Shown here: piece after piece, positions 41,663 through 51,299 of the stretch
Position numbering within the stretch: the stretch's first letter is position 1
Layout: every line of letters begins with the position of its first letter
Source: a virus
Taxonomy: Duplodnaviria > Caudoviricetes
Strand: one strand, 5' to 3'
DNA length: 64,000 nucleotides
Virus record (IMG/VR): IMGVR_UViG_3300027374_000478
Coordinates: 1-64,000 of that record
Program-made: the position numbers and the translations under genes
The notes under the pieces: generated by a model
Told to the model about the DNA's origin: nothing
The model's database searches: none
The model's input: only the letters and a program-made list of their open reading frames with translations

Positions 41663-42743
41663 CGTCCTTTATCTTTAAAAGTTCCGAATTTAACGCATCA
41701 ACAGTAATTAATAACTGACGTACCTGTTCCTTTTTATCATCTAATTCTTTATATAAATCATCAATTAATTTTAGTTGATTTTCATATACTTCTTTTTTAT
41801 CATTTTCATCAAATAAACAGTGATCCAATAAAGCCTTTTGTGATACAGATATTGCCCATTGTGTTCCTTCTCCACGAAGCTGATCATAATAGTCTGCTTC
41901 TGCTTTATCAAAATTCTTTTCCCTTAAATCTCGCATAAGGTATGTAAGTGTAGATTTACCAACATCCTTATTTGAACGGTTCTTTACCGAAATCTCATTT
42001 TCCTTTGCAATTTTATCGTTACTTGCAACTAAATCCTTTTTTATTGTATTTAGTGCTTTTATATCATTTGCATCTTTAATTGGGTCAAGGTTTGCAATTC
42101 TTTTATCGCACACATGAATTTGCTTATTATTATTAACAATCTGCAAAATTTGGGACAACTTATAAGCATCTTCAGCAGAATCTTCGTCATCTAAATATGG
42201 AGTCAATTGATTGAATAAGAACTTGCGATCTTCTTCTGGATAATCTTCAAAAGGGTCATATCCAATAATTTCAATTGCATAATCTCGATTTTGAGCATCC
42301 TGTTTAGACCATTTTATTTCTTTTTCTTTCTCATAATCATTTTTTGATTTTCCAACTTCATTATTTAAAATTGATTGAGAAAAATCCTGATATTGATACT
42401 GCCTACCATTTATTTGCCTTAGATACAAGCCCATGCTAAAGTTATTATTATTTTTAATGATAGAATCATAAAGAGAGTAGTAGTATGGGATATCTAGTTT
42501 GTAACACATAAAAATACACGCTGTATTTGTACCATATTTTTTCTCATAAGAAGAAAACATATCACCTACACATTCCTTACATAAAGGAACAAATTTAGAA
42601 TTTTTCTCAAATGATTCTGACCAGGGAGATTTAAAAAAATGCCCAACTGGATTCTCCCAAACTTTTCCGCACCGAAGGCATCTATATTCGTGAGAATCGT
42701 CAAAATTATCAGATGCATCGGCAACTTTGGCTTTTCTCGCCAT
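41640..42743 (-). CDS. Zn-finger protein upstream of terminase (small-subunit position)
   Basis: CLRCG...PLCKEC; likely start MARKAK at 42743. Confidence 0.55.
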   Translation of the reverse strand: MARKAKVADASDNFDDSHEYRCLRCGKVWENPVGHFFKSPWSESFEKNSKFVPLCKECVGDMFSSYEKKYGTNTACIFMCYKLDIPYYYSLYDSIIKNNNNFSMGLYLRQINGRQYQYQDFSQSILNNEVGKSKNDYEKEKEIKWSKQDAQNRDYAIEIIGYDPFEDYPEEDRKFLFNQLTPYLDDEDSAEDAYKLSQILQIVNNNKQIHVCDKRIANLDPIKDANDIKALNTIKKDLVASNDKIAKENEISVKNRSNKDVGKSTLTYLMRDLREKNFDKAEADYYDQLRGEGTQWAISVSQKALLDHCLFDENDKKEVYENQLKLIDDLYKELDDKKEQVRQLLITVDALNSELLKIKDGAEDGVL

Positions 42744-42807
42744 ATAAACACCTTCTTTCAAAATTATTTGTTCAACTAAAAAAAGACAGCTGTGATGACT
42801 GTCTGAA

Positions 42808-42876
42808 AACACATAGAAAGAGTCGGACTTTCATTTTCGAGTGGAATCGAATGTCTTGCCGTTGGACGATATGTGT
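42808..42876 (-). pseudogene. Degenerate tRNA-Gly(TCC)-like element
   Basis: Cloverleaf ACACAUA/UAUGUGU, D arm, stem UUCGA/UCGAA with 6-nt loop UUCCAC, T arm GAAAG-UCCGACU-CUUUC. Confidence 0.5.
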
Positions 42877-43005
42877 GGGAATAATTTTATTTGTTTAAAT
42901 ATTAGTATATTTATTTATTTGGTTTGTTTGTACATTAATCTGTGCTATAATTAAACTAAAACAAGTTACCAAACGATAATTTTTACAAAGTATAAGGTAT
43001 AAATA

Positions 43006-43836
43006 ATGAGAAGAATATTATTGATATTTATTATAATTTTAACATTGTCCATATATATAAAAGTCGATGCTTCGGAAAATGAATTTGTACCAGAAGATGC
43101 ATTTGAGTTTAACAATCATTCCTATAAATTATTTGATTCTGGATGCACACAGAAACAAGCAATTGAAATATGTGAAAATTTGGGCGGGCATTTGCTTACT
43201 ATTACATCAGAAGAGGAACAGACGTTTATAAATAGTATGATAGAAGACTGCACAATGAAAAATATATGGCTTGGTGGTAGTTATGTAAATAACGAATGGT
43301 ATTGGATAACAGACGAAAAGTTTACATATGTAAATTGGAATGATGGTGAACCAAATAATGTATTCAATTCACAAAATGCGATTATGATGTATACATATCA
43401 TGGAGCAGATAATGATAATAATACTATCGAAATTGGAAAATGGAATGACGAAAATGAAAACGGCAGAAACTGGGACGGCTATACTTCTGAAGAAACTGGT
43501 TTTATATGTGAATGGGATTTTCTATCTACACATAATAGTATAAATGACCAAGAACCTCAATCAGTAAACAACGGTGAAAAACAAAAAGTAAGTAATGATA
43601 TTTCTTCTCCCATACCAAACATAGAAAGTAATCCAATAGAAGATGCCAATATTAAATCAGGTAGTCCAATAGAAAGTAAAAGTAATAACGATGGCGTCAA
43701 TATAACATTTCATATTGATAATTTAAGCATCATTGGAGGAATAAGTATATTTGGCGGAATTAGCTTTATTGGTGTAATTATAAAAAATAAGAAAAGGAAG
43801 AAAAATAGAAGGAATGATTCTACTTATACCCAATGA
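43006..43836 (+). CDS. Surface C-type lectin domain protein (moron)
   Basis: Signal peptide, C..LGGHL.TI.S.EE, WLGG, NW..GEPNN, WND, FICEW, C-terminal TM plus basic tail. Confidence 0.85.
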   Translation: MRRILLIFIIILTLSIYIKVDASENEFVPEDAFEFNNHSYKLFDSGCTQKQAIEICENLGGHLLTITSEEEQTFINSMIEDCTMKNIWLGGSYVNNEWYWITDEKFTYVNWNDGEPNNVFNSQNAIMMYTYHGADNDNNTIEIGKWNDENENGRNWDGYTSEETGFICEWDFLSTHNSINDQEPQSVNNGEKQKVSNDISSPIPNIESNPIEDANIKSGSPIESKSNNDGVNITFHIDNLSIIGGISIFGGISFIGVIIKNKKRKKNRRNDSTYTQ

Positions 43837-43891
43837 AACAATTCTTCTAAGTAGTGATAGCGGAGCAGTGGTTAAACTGCTCCTTACTATT

Positions 43892-44652
43892 TTACTCAGT
43901 ACATAATTTATTCTGTTTAGATAACATCTTTCTGATATATTCCAGTCCTTTCCGTGTAGCATATGTAGCTGGTCTATAATTACCATCACGACAAGGAGTT
44001 TCTTTTACTTTGAATAACCCCTGTTCCATAAATCTCTGATATGGAATATTCACATTTCCTTTATAAAACATAACATCATTCGCCCTTAAAAAAGAATATA
44101 ATCTCTTCAATCCAATTTCAGTTCTTTAGCTACAATGTTCATAGGCAGTAACCCTTCTGTGCTAAGAATAGTATCATAAAATTCCTTTAATTCAGCATTC
44201 TCAGCTTTCAATTTTTCATTACTGCTTTTTAGATCTTTGATGACTAAAACCTTTGTTTCCTCGCTAAGTTCTGGGAGATAATTATTTACAAATTCTTCTT
44301 CCATATCTGTTTCGACATAGCCACCAGTTTTATTGATTATAGGGAGGACTTCTTCGACCACCCATTTTCTGAATGGTTTACATTTTTCAGTATGTGCTTC
44401 AAACATAAAATCATATAACTGATTTTCGTTCATAAAAAGTTGTCCATCGTGGACAACCGTTGAAATATCGGCATTTTTGACAGTTTTATCAATTCGCTCA
44501 GTACGAGGATATTGTTTTCCCTTTGCTGTCTTCACATATCCAAGTGCCATACCAATTGAGTAAAGTTCAAACATTGGAACTCCGTCAACAATCTCAATAG
44601 TTACGTCAGTTGCCTCAAATTTCTTCAAAATTCTGTTTTCTGTTTTAATCAT
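43892..44652 (-). pseudogene. Bro-N + KilAC/ANT antirepressor split by a 1-nt frameshift near 44116
   Basis: ORF 44107..44688 (FRKWV.EEVLP.I.KTGGY) and ORF 43892..44110 (PYQ...GLFKVKE...T.KG) join as AKELK-IGLKRLY. Confidence 0.7.
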
Positions 44653-44948
44653 AGTTTTTCCTTTCTTTGCATTATAGTAGCGAAACACTAAAATATTTGT
44701 TTACGTTATTTGCCGATAACGTGGATCGTTATCTGATGTGGAACAGTTGCGGCAACAACTATTCCTGAAAGAAAAAATCATATGATAAATGAAAACTTCT
44801 TTTGGGACGTAACTATCCCACATCAAACAACGATGTCTAAACATTTATTCTCTTTTTATTTCTTCAAAACAACACAAAAAGAGCCATGATATTTCACATG
44901 ACTCTTAAAAAAATCTTATTAAGTTTCCCAATGAAATGCTTATTTAAA

Positions 44949-45031
44949 CGCAAAGCAGAACAATCGAAGTCCATTCTTTTCAGAACACATCCGTTAGCAG
45001 CGGAGTCCCAAACCTTATGGGTTTACTTTGC
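44949..45031 (-). tRNA. tRNA-Ser(GCT), atypical
   Basis: Acceptor GCAAAGU/GCUUUGC, anticodon loop CUGCUAA, long variable arm, UUCGAUU T loop; no encoded CCA. Confidence 0.6.
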
Positions 45032-45068
45032 ATGTAGTAGGAGAGTAGTTACACTGCTCTCCACAAAC

Positions 45069-45374
45069 TTACACATTATCAGAATTCCATAATAAATCCA
45101 CATCATATTCTTCTAAAGCTACTGGAACAATTTCAGATCTATTATATGTATTCAGAAGATCAATACATTTTTCTTCAAACTTATCTTTACTGGATTCTTT
45201 ATATGAAACAGTTTGAAATTTTCCAGTACCGACTAATTCGGTTTCAGTACGTACTTCATGAGTGTCTGAATCTTCCACCTCCTTAGAAATTTCTTCCATT
45301 ATTTCTTCTTTTACTTGAAGGAATCTATATATGGATTTATCTTTTTTATCTCTAATAAGAACACTATAAGCCAT
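45069..45374 (-). CDS. Hypothetical protein
   Basis: GGGAGG RBS, 101 aa. Confidence 0.6.
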   Translation of the reverse strand: MAYSVLIRDKKDKSIYRFLQVKEEIMEEISKEVEDSDTHEVRTETELVGTGKFQTVSYKESSKDKFEEKCIDLLNTYNRSEIVPVALEEYDVDLLWNSDNV

Positions 45375-45388
45375 TTATATACCTCCCA

Positions 45389-45868
45389 TTACAGAACAAC
45401 TTCTGTTTCACCTTCAAATTTTGTATTGATACTTCTTAATTCAGTCAGTTTCTTACCAATTTCTTCTTTTACTTTTACAGAAAACAGTTCTGCATATGCC
45501 TTACCTAACTTTTCTACTGTGTCAAATACATTATTAAGCGCACTGGAAGGAATCTTCGTTACATCAAAAGTCATTACAATATTCATATCCTGATTGATTG
45601 CGTATTCCTTATTGATAAGATTCTCAATTTGCACTTCTTCAACGTTTGTACTATCAACTGGATCAGATGTAACAACTGGATCGCCAGTAGCATCATCAAT
45701 CTTCATATTTTCTTTAAATGTAATATCGCTAAACCTGACACTTCTAGGGAAATCTGTTAATACCTGTGCTTCCTCGATTTCTGTTGATGTCGCCGTGCCA
45801 AGTTCTGCAACGCTAATATCAACAGTAATAATATTGTTTTCAATAGTTTTATTTACTTTTAATTTCAT
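45389..45868 (-). CDS. Hypothetical protein
   Basis: 159 aa, translationally coupled. Confidence 0.6.
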   Translation of the reverse strand: MKLKVNKTIENNIITVDISVAELGTATSTEIEEAQVLTDFPRSVRFSDITFKENMKIDDATGDPVVTSDPVDSTNVEEVQIENLINKEYAINQDMNIVMTFDVTKIPSSALNNVFDTVEKLGKAYAELFSVKVKEEIGKKLTELRSINTKFEGETEVVL

Positions 45869-46161
45869 GTTTCTTGTTCCTCTCTTTCATTTGAAACTAC
45901 TTGGTTGTACGCATTTTTTATCTGAATTGTGAGATCATATAATACATCTTCATTGATCGTACAATCTAAATTTGACATATCAATATTAGGATCTGAAATT
46001 GTAAATTCTAAGGTGCCATTATTTTTTGGTGCAAATAAAACTTCAACATTGTTACTTAATAGAAGAGTAATAGAATCAATTTTCTTTCCGTTGTTGGATT
46101 TTATAGTTCGCACTTGCCCAACTTTTAGACGTTCTTCTTCAATAGATAATCTACTTGCCAT
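45865..46161 (-). CDS. Hypothetical protein
   Basis: 98 aa, translationally coupled. Confidence 0.6.
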   Translation of the reverse strand: MASRLSIEEERLKVGQVRTIKSNNGKKIDSITLLLSNNVEVLFAPKNNGTLEFTISDPNIDMSNLDCTINEDVLYDLTIQIKNAYNQVVSNEREEQET

Positions 46162-46202
46162 TTATTCACCAACTTTCTTTTAGTAATTTCAAATTTGTAT
46201 AA

Positions 46203-46286
46203 TGGGCAGAAGAGGACTCGAACCTCTGATGTTTCTTGTGTGCCTGATTTACAGTCAGGTGCAGTCGCCGCTATGCATATCTACCC
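46203..46286 (-). tRNA. tRNA-Tyr(GTA)
   Basis: GGGUAGA/UCUGCCC, CCUGA-CUGUAAA-UCAGG, GGUUCGAGUCC. Confidence 0.85.
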
Positions 46287-46507
46287 ATGAAAATAGGAGA
46301 GTGCTGAAGACTCTCCTGAATTGTTTTGTCTTTCCAGAATGCCAGACCGTCCAGCAGTCATTCGCTAATTTATAAAAGCCACCACTATCAGAAATGGCTT
46401 TCAACCATAATCAATATGGTTATCTCCAAATAAAGGTCATCATTAACACAGATGAGTACGAACATCTTAACGATTTATTACTTTGAAATTGGAGTTCTAT
46501 TTGGCGG

Positions 46508-47539
46508 CTATACAAAAGCGTCGTCAGCATCTTCTTCATCTTCTCGTACAACATATATCTTTGTTGTCTCACTACTTTCATGACCTAATAACTTTTGAGC
46601 GGTTTCTATAGATCTGTTTTGATAGCATACAAGATTAGTTGCCCGTGAAGCTCTAAAAATATGTGGATTTATTCTACGTCCCATTATTTGAGTAAATAAC
46701 CCTTGACACCATCCATTAAATGTGTCTTCTCCTACTTGGCGAACATCACCATTTGAGTGTTTTATTACAAACATATAAGGACAATCATCATCGCCACGTA
46801 CTTCTAACCACTTGTCTAAGAATCTCTTTACATCTTCTCCGAATTGCAACTTACGAACTTTCCCTTGGCGACTACGTCCCTTACAACGAATATCATGTGT
46901 TTTATACGAAACGGATTCTACTTCGTGTTCAATTCCTTCTTCATCAGTAATTGTAATCATCTTTCTCTTTGGTTCATAATTCACAACCTCTTTAAGAAGC
47001 TGCCTGGCTTCAGCCCTACGACAGCCTGTTGAATATGTAAACTTAACATATGCCAATTTTTCCCATTCTTCACGCTTTTCTAATTCTTCACAAAGATAAT
47101 TAATTTCATCAGGAGTAAGAGGAATTTTTTCATGAACTTTTCCTGTTAATGCTATCCTTTGCTCTGTTGTCACATAATTCCGGAATAAAGGATATTCTTC
47201 CTCATAAAATGACTCTATAAATTTATTAAATGCACTAACAGACGATTTTTTAAATTTCATAGCAGAATCAGAAAGCCCACGATTATTTAACCAATTCAGA
47301 TATCTAAGAAATTCTTTTTTCTTAATTTCTGTACAATTCTTATCTCTTAGGTTCTCATGCACCCACCAAAAGTAAATTTTTAATGCGCTGGTATAACCAA
47401 TCAAACTTTTTGGAGATAAATGAGTTTGATTACTGAGGTAATCAGCGACCATATCTCTGTTAAATTTATTTACTTGCGACCACATTTCATCAGTTATTTC
47501 ATCAGATCGTTTAGCGATTTCTTCACCCAATAATCTCAC
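46508..47539 (-). CDS. Tyrosine recombinase
   Basis: STGCRRAE, HIFRASRAT, LLGHES..T..Y catalytic residues. Confidence 0.9.
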   Translation of the reverse strand: MRLLGEEIAKRSDEITDEMWSQVNKFNRDMVADYLSNQTHLSPKSLIGYTSALKIYFWWVHENLRDKNCTEIKKKEFLRYLNWLNNRGLSDSAMKFKKSSVSAFNKFIESFYEEEYPLFRNYVTTEQRIALTGKVHEKIPLTPDEINYLCEELEKREEWEKLAYVKFTYSTGCRRAEARQLLKEVVNYEPKRKMITITDEEGIEHEVESVSYKTHDIRCKGRSRQGKVRKLQFGEDVKRFLDKWLEVRGDDDCPYMFVIKHSNGDVRQVGEDTFNGWCQGLFTQIMGRRINPHIFRASRATNLVCYQNRSIETAQKLLGHESSETTKIYVVREDEEDADDAFV

Positions 47540-47736
47540 TTCCTTTCATTACAAAATAATAAAAAAGACTTGCTACCTAGAGATAAGGGATATCCTTGTA
47601 ATTCTCTTTACCTGTCTAACTGACAGACCATAAATTGTTTACACTATATACTTCTTCAAACAAATAAGACTCACACTCAATTTTCTAAGTGTAAGCCTTT
47701 TCATAACAATCTGATTAAATATCAAATACTTTCAAT

Positions 47737-47883
47737 TCAGTTTCCTAACTTCCCCAACAATTCTTTAACAGTAATTTCTTCTCCGATAGAAACACACTCA
47801 TCTAAACGATAGAAGAGTAGTTCTTTGAGAATTATTAACTCATCGTCTGTGAGGTCTACGGATTTTACAATTCCATCATACAA
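47737..47883 (-). CDS. Small hypothetical protein
   Basis: 48 aa, GGTGGTG RBS plus TTG. Confidence 0.35.
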   Translation of the reverse strand: MYDGIVKSVDLTDDELIILKELLFYRLDECVSIGEEITVKELLGKLGN

Positions 47884-47906
47884 AGTTATTTCACCACCAG
47901 TCTGAA

Positions 47907-48182
47907 TTATAGTGTCTTAACAGATTTACTAATCGTAAATTTCAATTCATCATGTGCTGGCTTTGTCCATTCCTTGCCTCCTGCAAGAGCAGCAACACCA
48001 CTTCTCTCGGCAACATGTTTTACAGAAAACGTACCAATTCCAGGAAGAGGAACCTTTTCATCACGACTCTCGTTCAATGCTCCAAGCAAAAACTTTCCAT
48101 AGGCTTTCATAACTGCCTCTGCAACCTTATTCGTAACTTCTGCCTCAGAAGCAACTGCTTTAATCATATCATTCTTTACCAT
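47907..48182 (-). CDS. HU-family DNA-binding protein
   Basis: MVKNDMIKAVA...LPGIGTFSV...KF..SK; AAGGAG RBS. Confidence 0.85.
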   Translation of the reverse strand: MVKNDMIKAVASEAEVTNKVAEAVMKAYGKFLLGALNESRDEKVPLPGIGTFSVKHVAERSGVAALAGGKEWTKPAHDELKFTISKSVKTL

Positions 48183-48381
48183 TATAAAAATCTCCTTTAT
48201 TTCAATATTTTTCAATAAAATAGGAGAGTAGTACATACTCTCCAACACATGTGTTTGTGACTTTGTTGACCAAATATAATAATCGCCCACTCGTGACGAT
48301 TTTGTTTGTTAAAATAATTTTCCATAACTTTCCATAACTTTCCAATCTGTAGTACAATAATATTATCACACAAGAGAGGAG

Positions 48382-48522
48382 ATGACCAATATAGCGACTA
48401 CAGGAGAAAAGCCAGGAGCAGGTACATACACCTGTGATAATTGTGGACAAGTGGTTGTGTTAGATGATAATACAGATACATTACCGCCTTGCCCTAAATG
48501 TAATGGTACAGAGTCCCATTAA
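48382..48522 (+). CDS. Small zinc-ribbon protein
   Basis: TGEKPGAGTYTCDNCGQ...LPPCPKC; start ATG 48382 or ATA 48391. Confidence 0.6.
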   Translation: MTNIATTGEKPGAGTYTCDNCGQVVVLDDNTDTLPPCPKCNGTESH

Positions 48523-48668
48523 TCTGCTAATGTAAAATGTTGGATCTCAAATGGCTTACCAAACCATTGTCTCCAGACTGTGAGTTTCTTTTCTCCATTC
48601 TGGAGACTGTATTTTGAGTGATATTTTAATGGTAATAACTGTTTTAGATAATATATAAGTTTATTCAT
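48519..48668 (-). CDS. Small hypothetical protein
   Basis: 49 aa (MNKLIYYLKQLLPL...WRQWFGK), GGAG RBS. Confidence 0.45.
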   Translation of the reverse strand: MNKLIYYLKQLLPLKYHSKYSLQNGEKKLTVWRQWFGKPFEIQHFTLAD

Positions 48669-48700
48669 TTTCGTCTCCAAATAAAATTAGTAATTCATAG

Positions 48701-49912
48701 TCAATCAAGTTCAATAGGGTAACAACACTTGATTCCCTTATCGTTTACTACCAATACTGTTTGTGACGGTTTTCCAGTAAGTCTCTTTTGTCTAGTATAT
48801 TCATCTCCACTTCCACCAAGACTTCCTGATTGTACAACTTTAATTCCAGAAACATCAGTCATTGCAGGATAATGTTTATGTCCACACACAACACAATATG
48901 GTGTCATTTTTGCCCATAATATTAACTTAGATATTGAAGTGTCACTTGTAGAATCAAAATCACCATGCACTCCAAAATATAGTTTGTCTCTTACAAAGAA
49001 TATAGATAGTGTATCATCAATATCTTCATCAATAACTGAGATGTTTTTAACATTTTTAAGCATGGACTTGATAAACCATAAAATAAGAGTATCTAACCGT
49101 TCTCCAAGTAATGCATCTTCTTTTTCCTCAAGACGACTATGATTTCCAGCAACTCCACGCAATTCAACTGTTTTGAAATATTTCCCTAGTTCATATACAA
49201 AATCAGAAATGTATTCGCAAGCAAGTTTTACTTGCTCAATAACATTTTCTTTATTTGTGACAGAAATGGTTTTATGTATAGAACCACTTATAAGATCTCC
49301 AAGAAGAAGGCAAATGCAATTCTCTGTATTATGAGTTTTCTGAATCTCTATGATTTCGGATAAATACTTCTCCAATCGTTCTTTGGCAATGAGAGAATCA
49401 TATGCACCATCAAAACCATAATATGTTGCACCTATATGAAGATCAGATAGACATACAATCATATCATTTTCGCTATTTGAAACAGCAGGAGAGTATGTTA
49501 CATATCTATCATTTGCGACATTAGATAGCATATCTTCAAATTTCTCTATTGTTGTTTCTAATCGTGATTCTTCCCTGAGTCTTCTGTTAATATCGAGTCT
49601 TTCATCATACAATTTGCGCTTTTCTTTTTGAATTTCCTGTTTTTGTAGCCGTAATTCCTTAAAATACTCATCTTCACTAAGTTTATTAAAAACACCAGCT
49701 TCCATAAACTTTTTTGCCATTTGATAAGGTTTACGCCAAGCTGCTTCGGAATAAGGTTTATCTGGATCACCAAAATACTTATTCATAAGGTCAGCTATAC
49801 CATTCCAGTCAATATCTAATAGTCCAGAATCTTTTGCCTGTCCTAATCTCCATAGATACTGAAATTCGTTTTCTGTTTCTTTTCTGGTTGTATCAAACAG
49901 AACAGTCACCAC
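48701..49912 (-). CDS. Metallophosphoesterase (calcineurin-like; SPbeta YonJ-like)
   Basis: SDLHIG, LGDLISG, GNHSR, HGD, GHKH. Confidence 0.85.
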   Translation of the reverse strand: MVTVLFDTTRKETENEFQYLWRLGQAKDSGLLDIDWNGIADLMNKYFGDPDKPYSEAAWRKPYQMAKKFMEAGVFNKLSEDEYFKELRLQKQEIQKEKRKLYDERLDINRRLREESRLETTIEKFEDMLSNVANDRYVTYSPAVSNSENDMIVCLSDLHIGATYYGFDGAYDSLIAKERLEKYLSEIIEIQKTHNTENCICLLLGDLISGSIHKTISVTNKENVIEQVKLACEYISDFVYELGKYFKTVELRGVAGNHSRLEEKEDALLGERLDTLILWFIKSMLKNVKNISVIDEDIDDTLSIFFVRDKLYFGVHGDFDSTSDTSISKLILWAKMTPYCVVCGHKHYPAMTDVSGIKVVQSGSLGGSGDEYTRQKRLTGKPSQTVLVVNDKGIKCCYPIELD

Positions 49913-49914
49913 CT

Positions 49915-50148
49915 TTACTTTTCAGTGTCTTCAGATGTAATCAAATCTAAATCCTCATCGGATTTTAGGCTCACACCAAATTCAATTGGCTGATTTATAA
50001 ATGCTTTGAGTAAATCAGATATTTTTACATCCTGTTCTGTATCATTTTCGTCAGTATAAGTAATAAATGTTCCATCTTCCGATAAAATTCCTTTTACAGA
50101 TAATTTATCAACAATATTTCTTTTAAAAGAGAGTTTAGATTTTGCCAT
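49915..50148 (-). CDS. YonK-like small protein
   Basis: MAKSK...L.VKG.L; synteny with phosphoesterase. Confidence 0.5.
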   Translation of the reverse strand: MAKSKLSFKRNIVDKLSVKGILSEDGTFITYTDENDTEQDVKISDLLKAFINQPIEFGVSLKSDEDLDLITSEDTEK

Positions 50149-50270
50149 TTGAAAATTTCCTTTCATTCATATATTTTATATTTTTTCTAATACGTATTTT
50201 TACATATGGTGGGCTATTGACGATGAGCCTAGCAACGGAGGTTTATTTTATCAAAAATAAACAAAAGAAT

Positions 50271-50350
50271 TGCTGAAGCACAGGAGTCGAACCTGTTATC
50301 ACACAGGTTATGAGCTTGGTATGGTTTATGTATCCGTTCCACTCGCCAGC
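50271..50350 (-). tRNA. tRNA-Met(CAT)-like, degenerate
   Basis: CUCAUAA anticodon loop, CAGG-UUCGACU-CCUG T arm; mismatches in acceptor and anticodon stems. Confidence 0.55.
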
Positions 50351-50352
50351 AG

Positions 50353-50425
50353 TGTGCCTATTGGGATTTGAACCCAAAACCTATCGGTTAAAAGCCGATT
50401 ACTCTACCAATTGAGTTATAGACAC
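50353..50425 (-). tRNA. tRNA-Lys(TTT)
   Basis: GUGUCUA/UAGGCAC, AUCGG-CUUUUAA-CCGAU, GGUUCAAAUCC. Confidence 0.85.
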
Positions 50426-50429
50426 AGAA

Positions 50430-50940
50430 AGAACAGATGACGATACTGCTAGAATAGCAGCACCGCCACCTGTATAAGAAAAAATAGATTACTCCTTATA
50501 AACGCCTTCGGTTCAGGACGACTCTCGTAAATATTATCGGGAGTTAGAACCATGTATATCTTCTGGAGTAAGTGGAGTCGTACCGTCTCGCTTGGCGAAC
50601 TTAACGGGTCTATATCACGTTCCACAAGTTTTTTCATATAACATCATGCCAACTAATTTATAGTTATATGTCAGACGAAAAATTTTGATTGCCCACTTAA
50701 GGGTTCTTTATAGTTTTCAGAACCGGCAATGAATTAGTACCGATGGAATCTTACGGGCATGTCAAGCTACTTTTGGAAGTATAGACATTTACATATATTT
50801 ACCAACATAAATTAAAAATTCGCATTTATGGCTGCGTGCACCACATACAATTTTATTCTCGCTAAGTATGATAGAAACGATAAATCACTGTTCTGAATTT
50901 GTTTATTTAAGACTACAAGCCCAAAGGTCATTGTAGTACA
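50430..50940 (-). ncRNA. Candidate large structured ncRNA upstream of tRNAs
   Basis: ~500 nt without a convincing ORF, GC-richer than flanks, many hairpins (ACUACAA/UUGUAGU, GGUUCU/AGAACC, ACUCCCGA/CGAGAGU, UGCUGCU/AGCAGUA). Confidence 0.45.
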
Positions 50941-50948
50941 ATCCAATT

Positions 50949-51224
50949 TTATGTCTTTAACTTAGAACTGGGGACAAAACGTATATGTTTTTCGTTTTCA
51001 AATCTTCTTTCCTTGCCAGTAGAAATATCCTTTCCGACATATGTTTTATAGTATGGACAGAATCTTCCAAGCCCTTCTATCTTTACAATATGACCCTCTT
51101 TAATTTCTTTACCAACAATATTTATAAAAGTTTTAATTATAGAATCAACATTATTCTTCTCAACTTTTCCATTAAGATTCTTCCATGTTTCATCAATTAA
51201 CTCTGATTTTACTATCGTTTTCAC
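50949..51224 (-). CDS. HU/IHF-like DNA-binding protein
   Basis: K.ELID...VKIEGLGRF...G.D..TG...F.PS..LK. Confidence 0.75.
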   Translation of the reverse strand: MKTIVKSELIDETWKNLNGKVEKNNVDSIIKTFINIVGKEIKEGHIVKIEGLGRFCPYYKTYVGKDISTGKERRFENEKHIRFVPSSKLKT

Positions 51225-51299
51225 CTCTTTTTCTTTCTTCCTTAAGGGAACCTTATCCTGACCTTTAAATTTTTTCGCTAGTAGCGTAAAAATTTAAAC

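Noticed and set aside
46320-46500. Possible self-cleaving ribozyme near tRNA-Tyr, and a similar idea for 50205-50245 after tRNA-Met
   Set aside because: Hairpins are present but I could not fit hammerhead, twister, pistol or HDV/theta consensus by eye
50449-50637. 62-aa ORF in the large intergenic tract
   Set aside because: No RBS, no recognisable motif, overlaps predicted RNA stems
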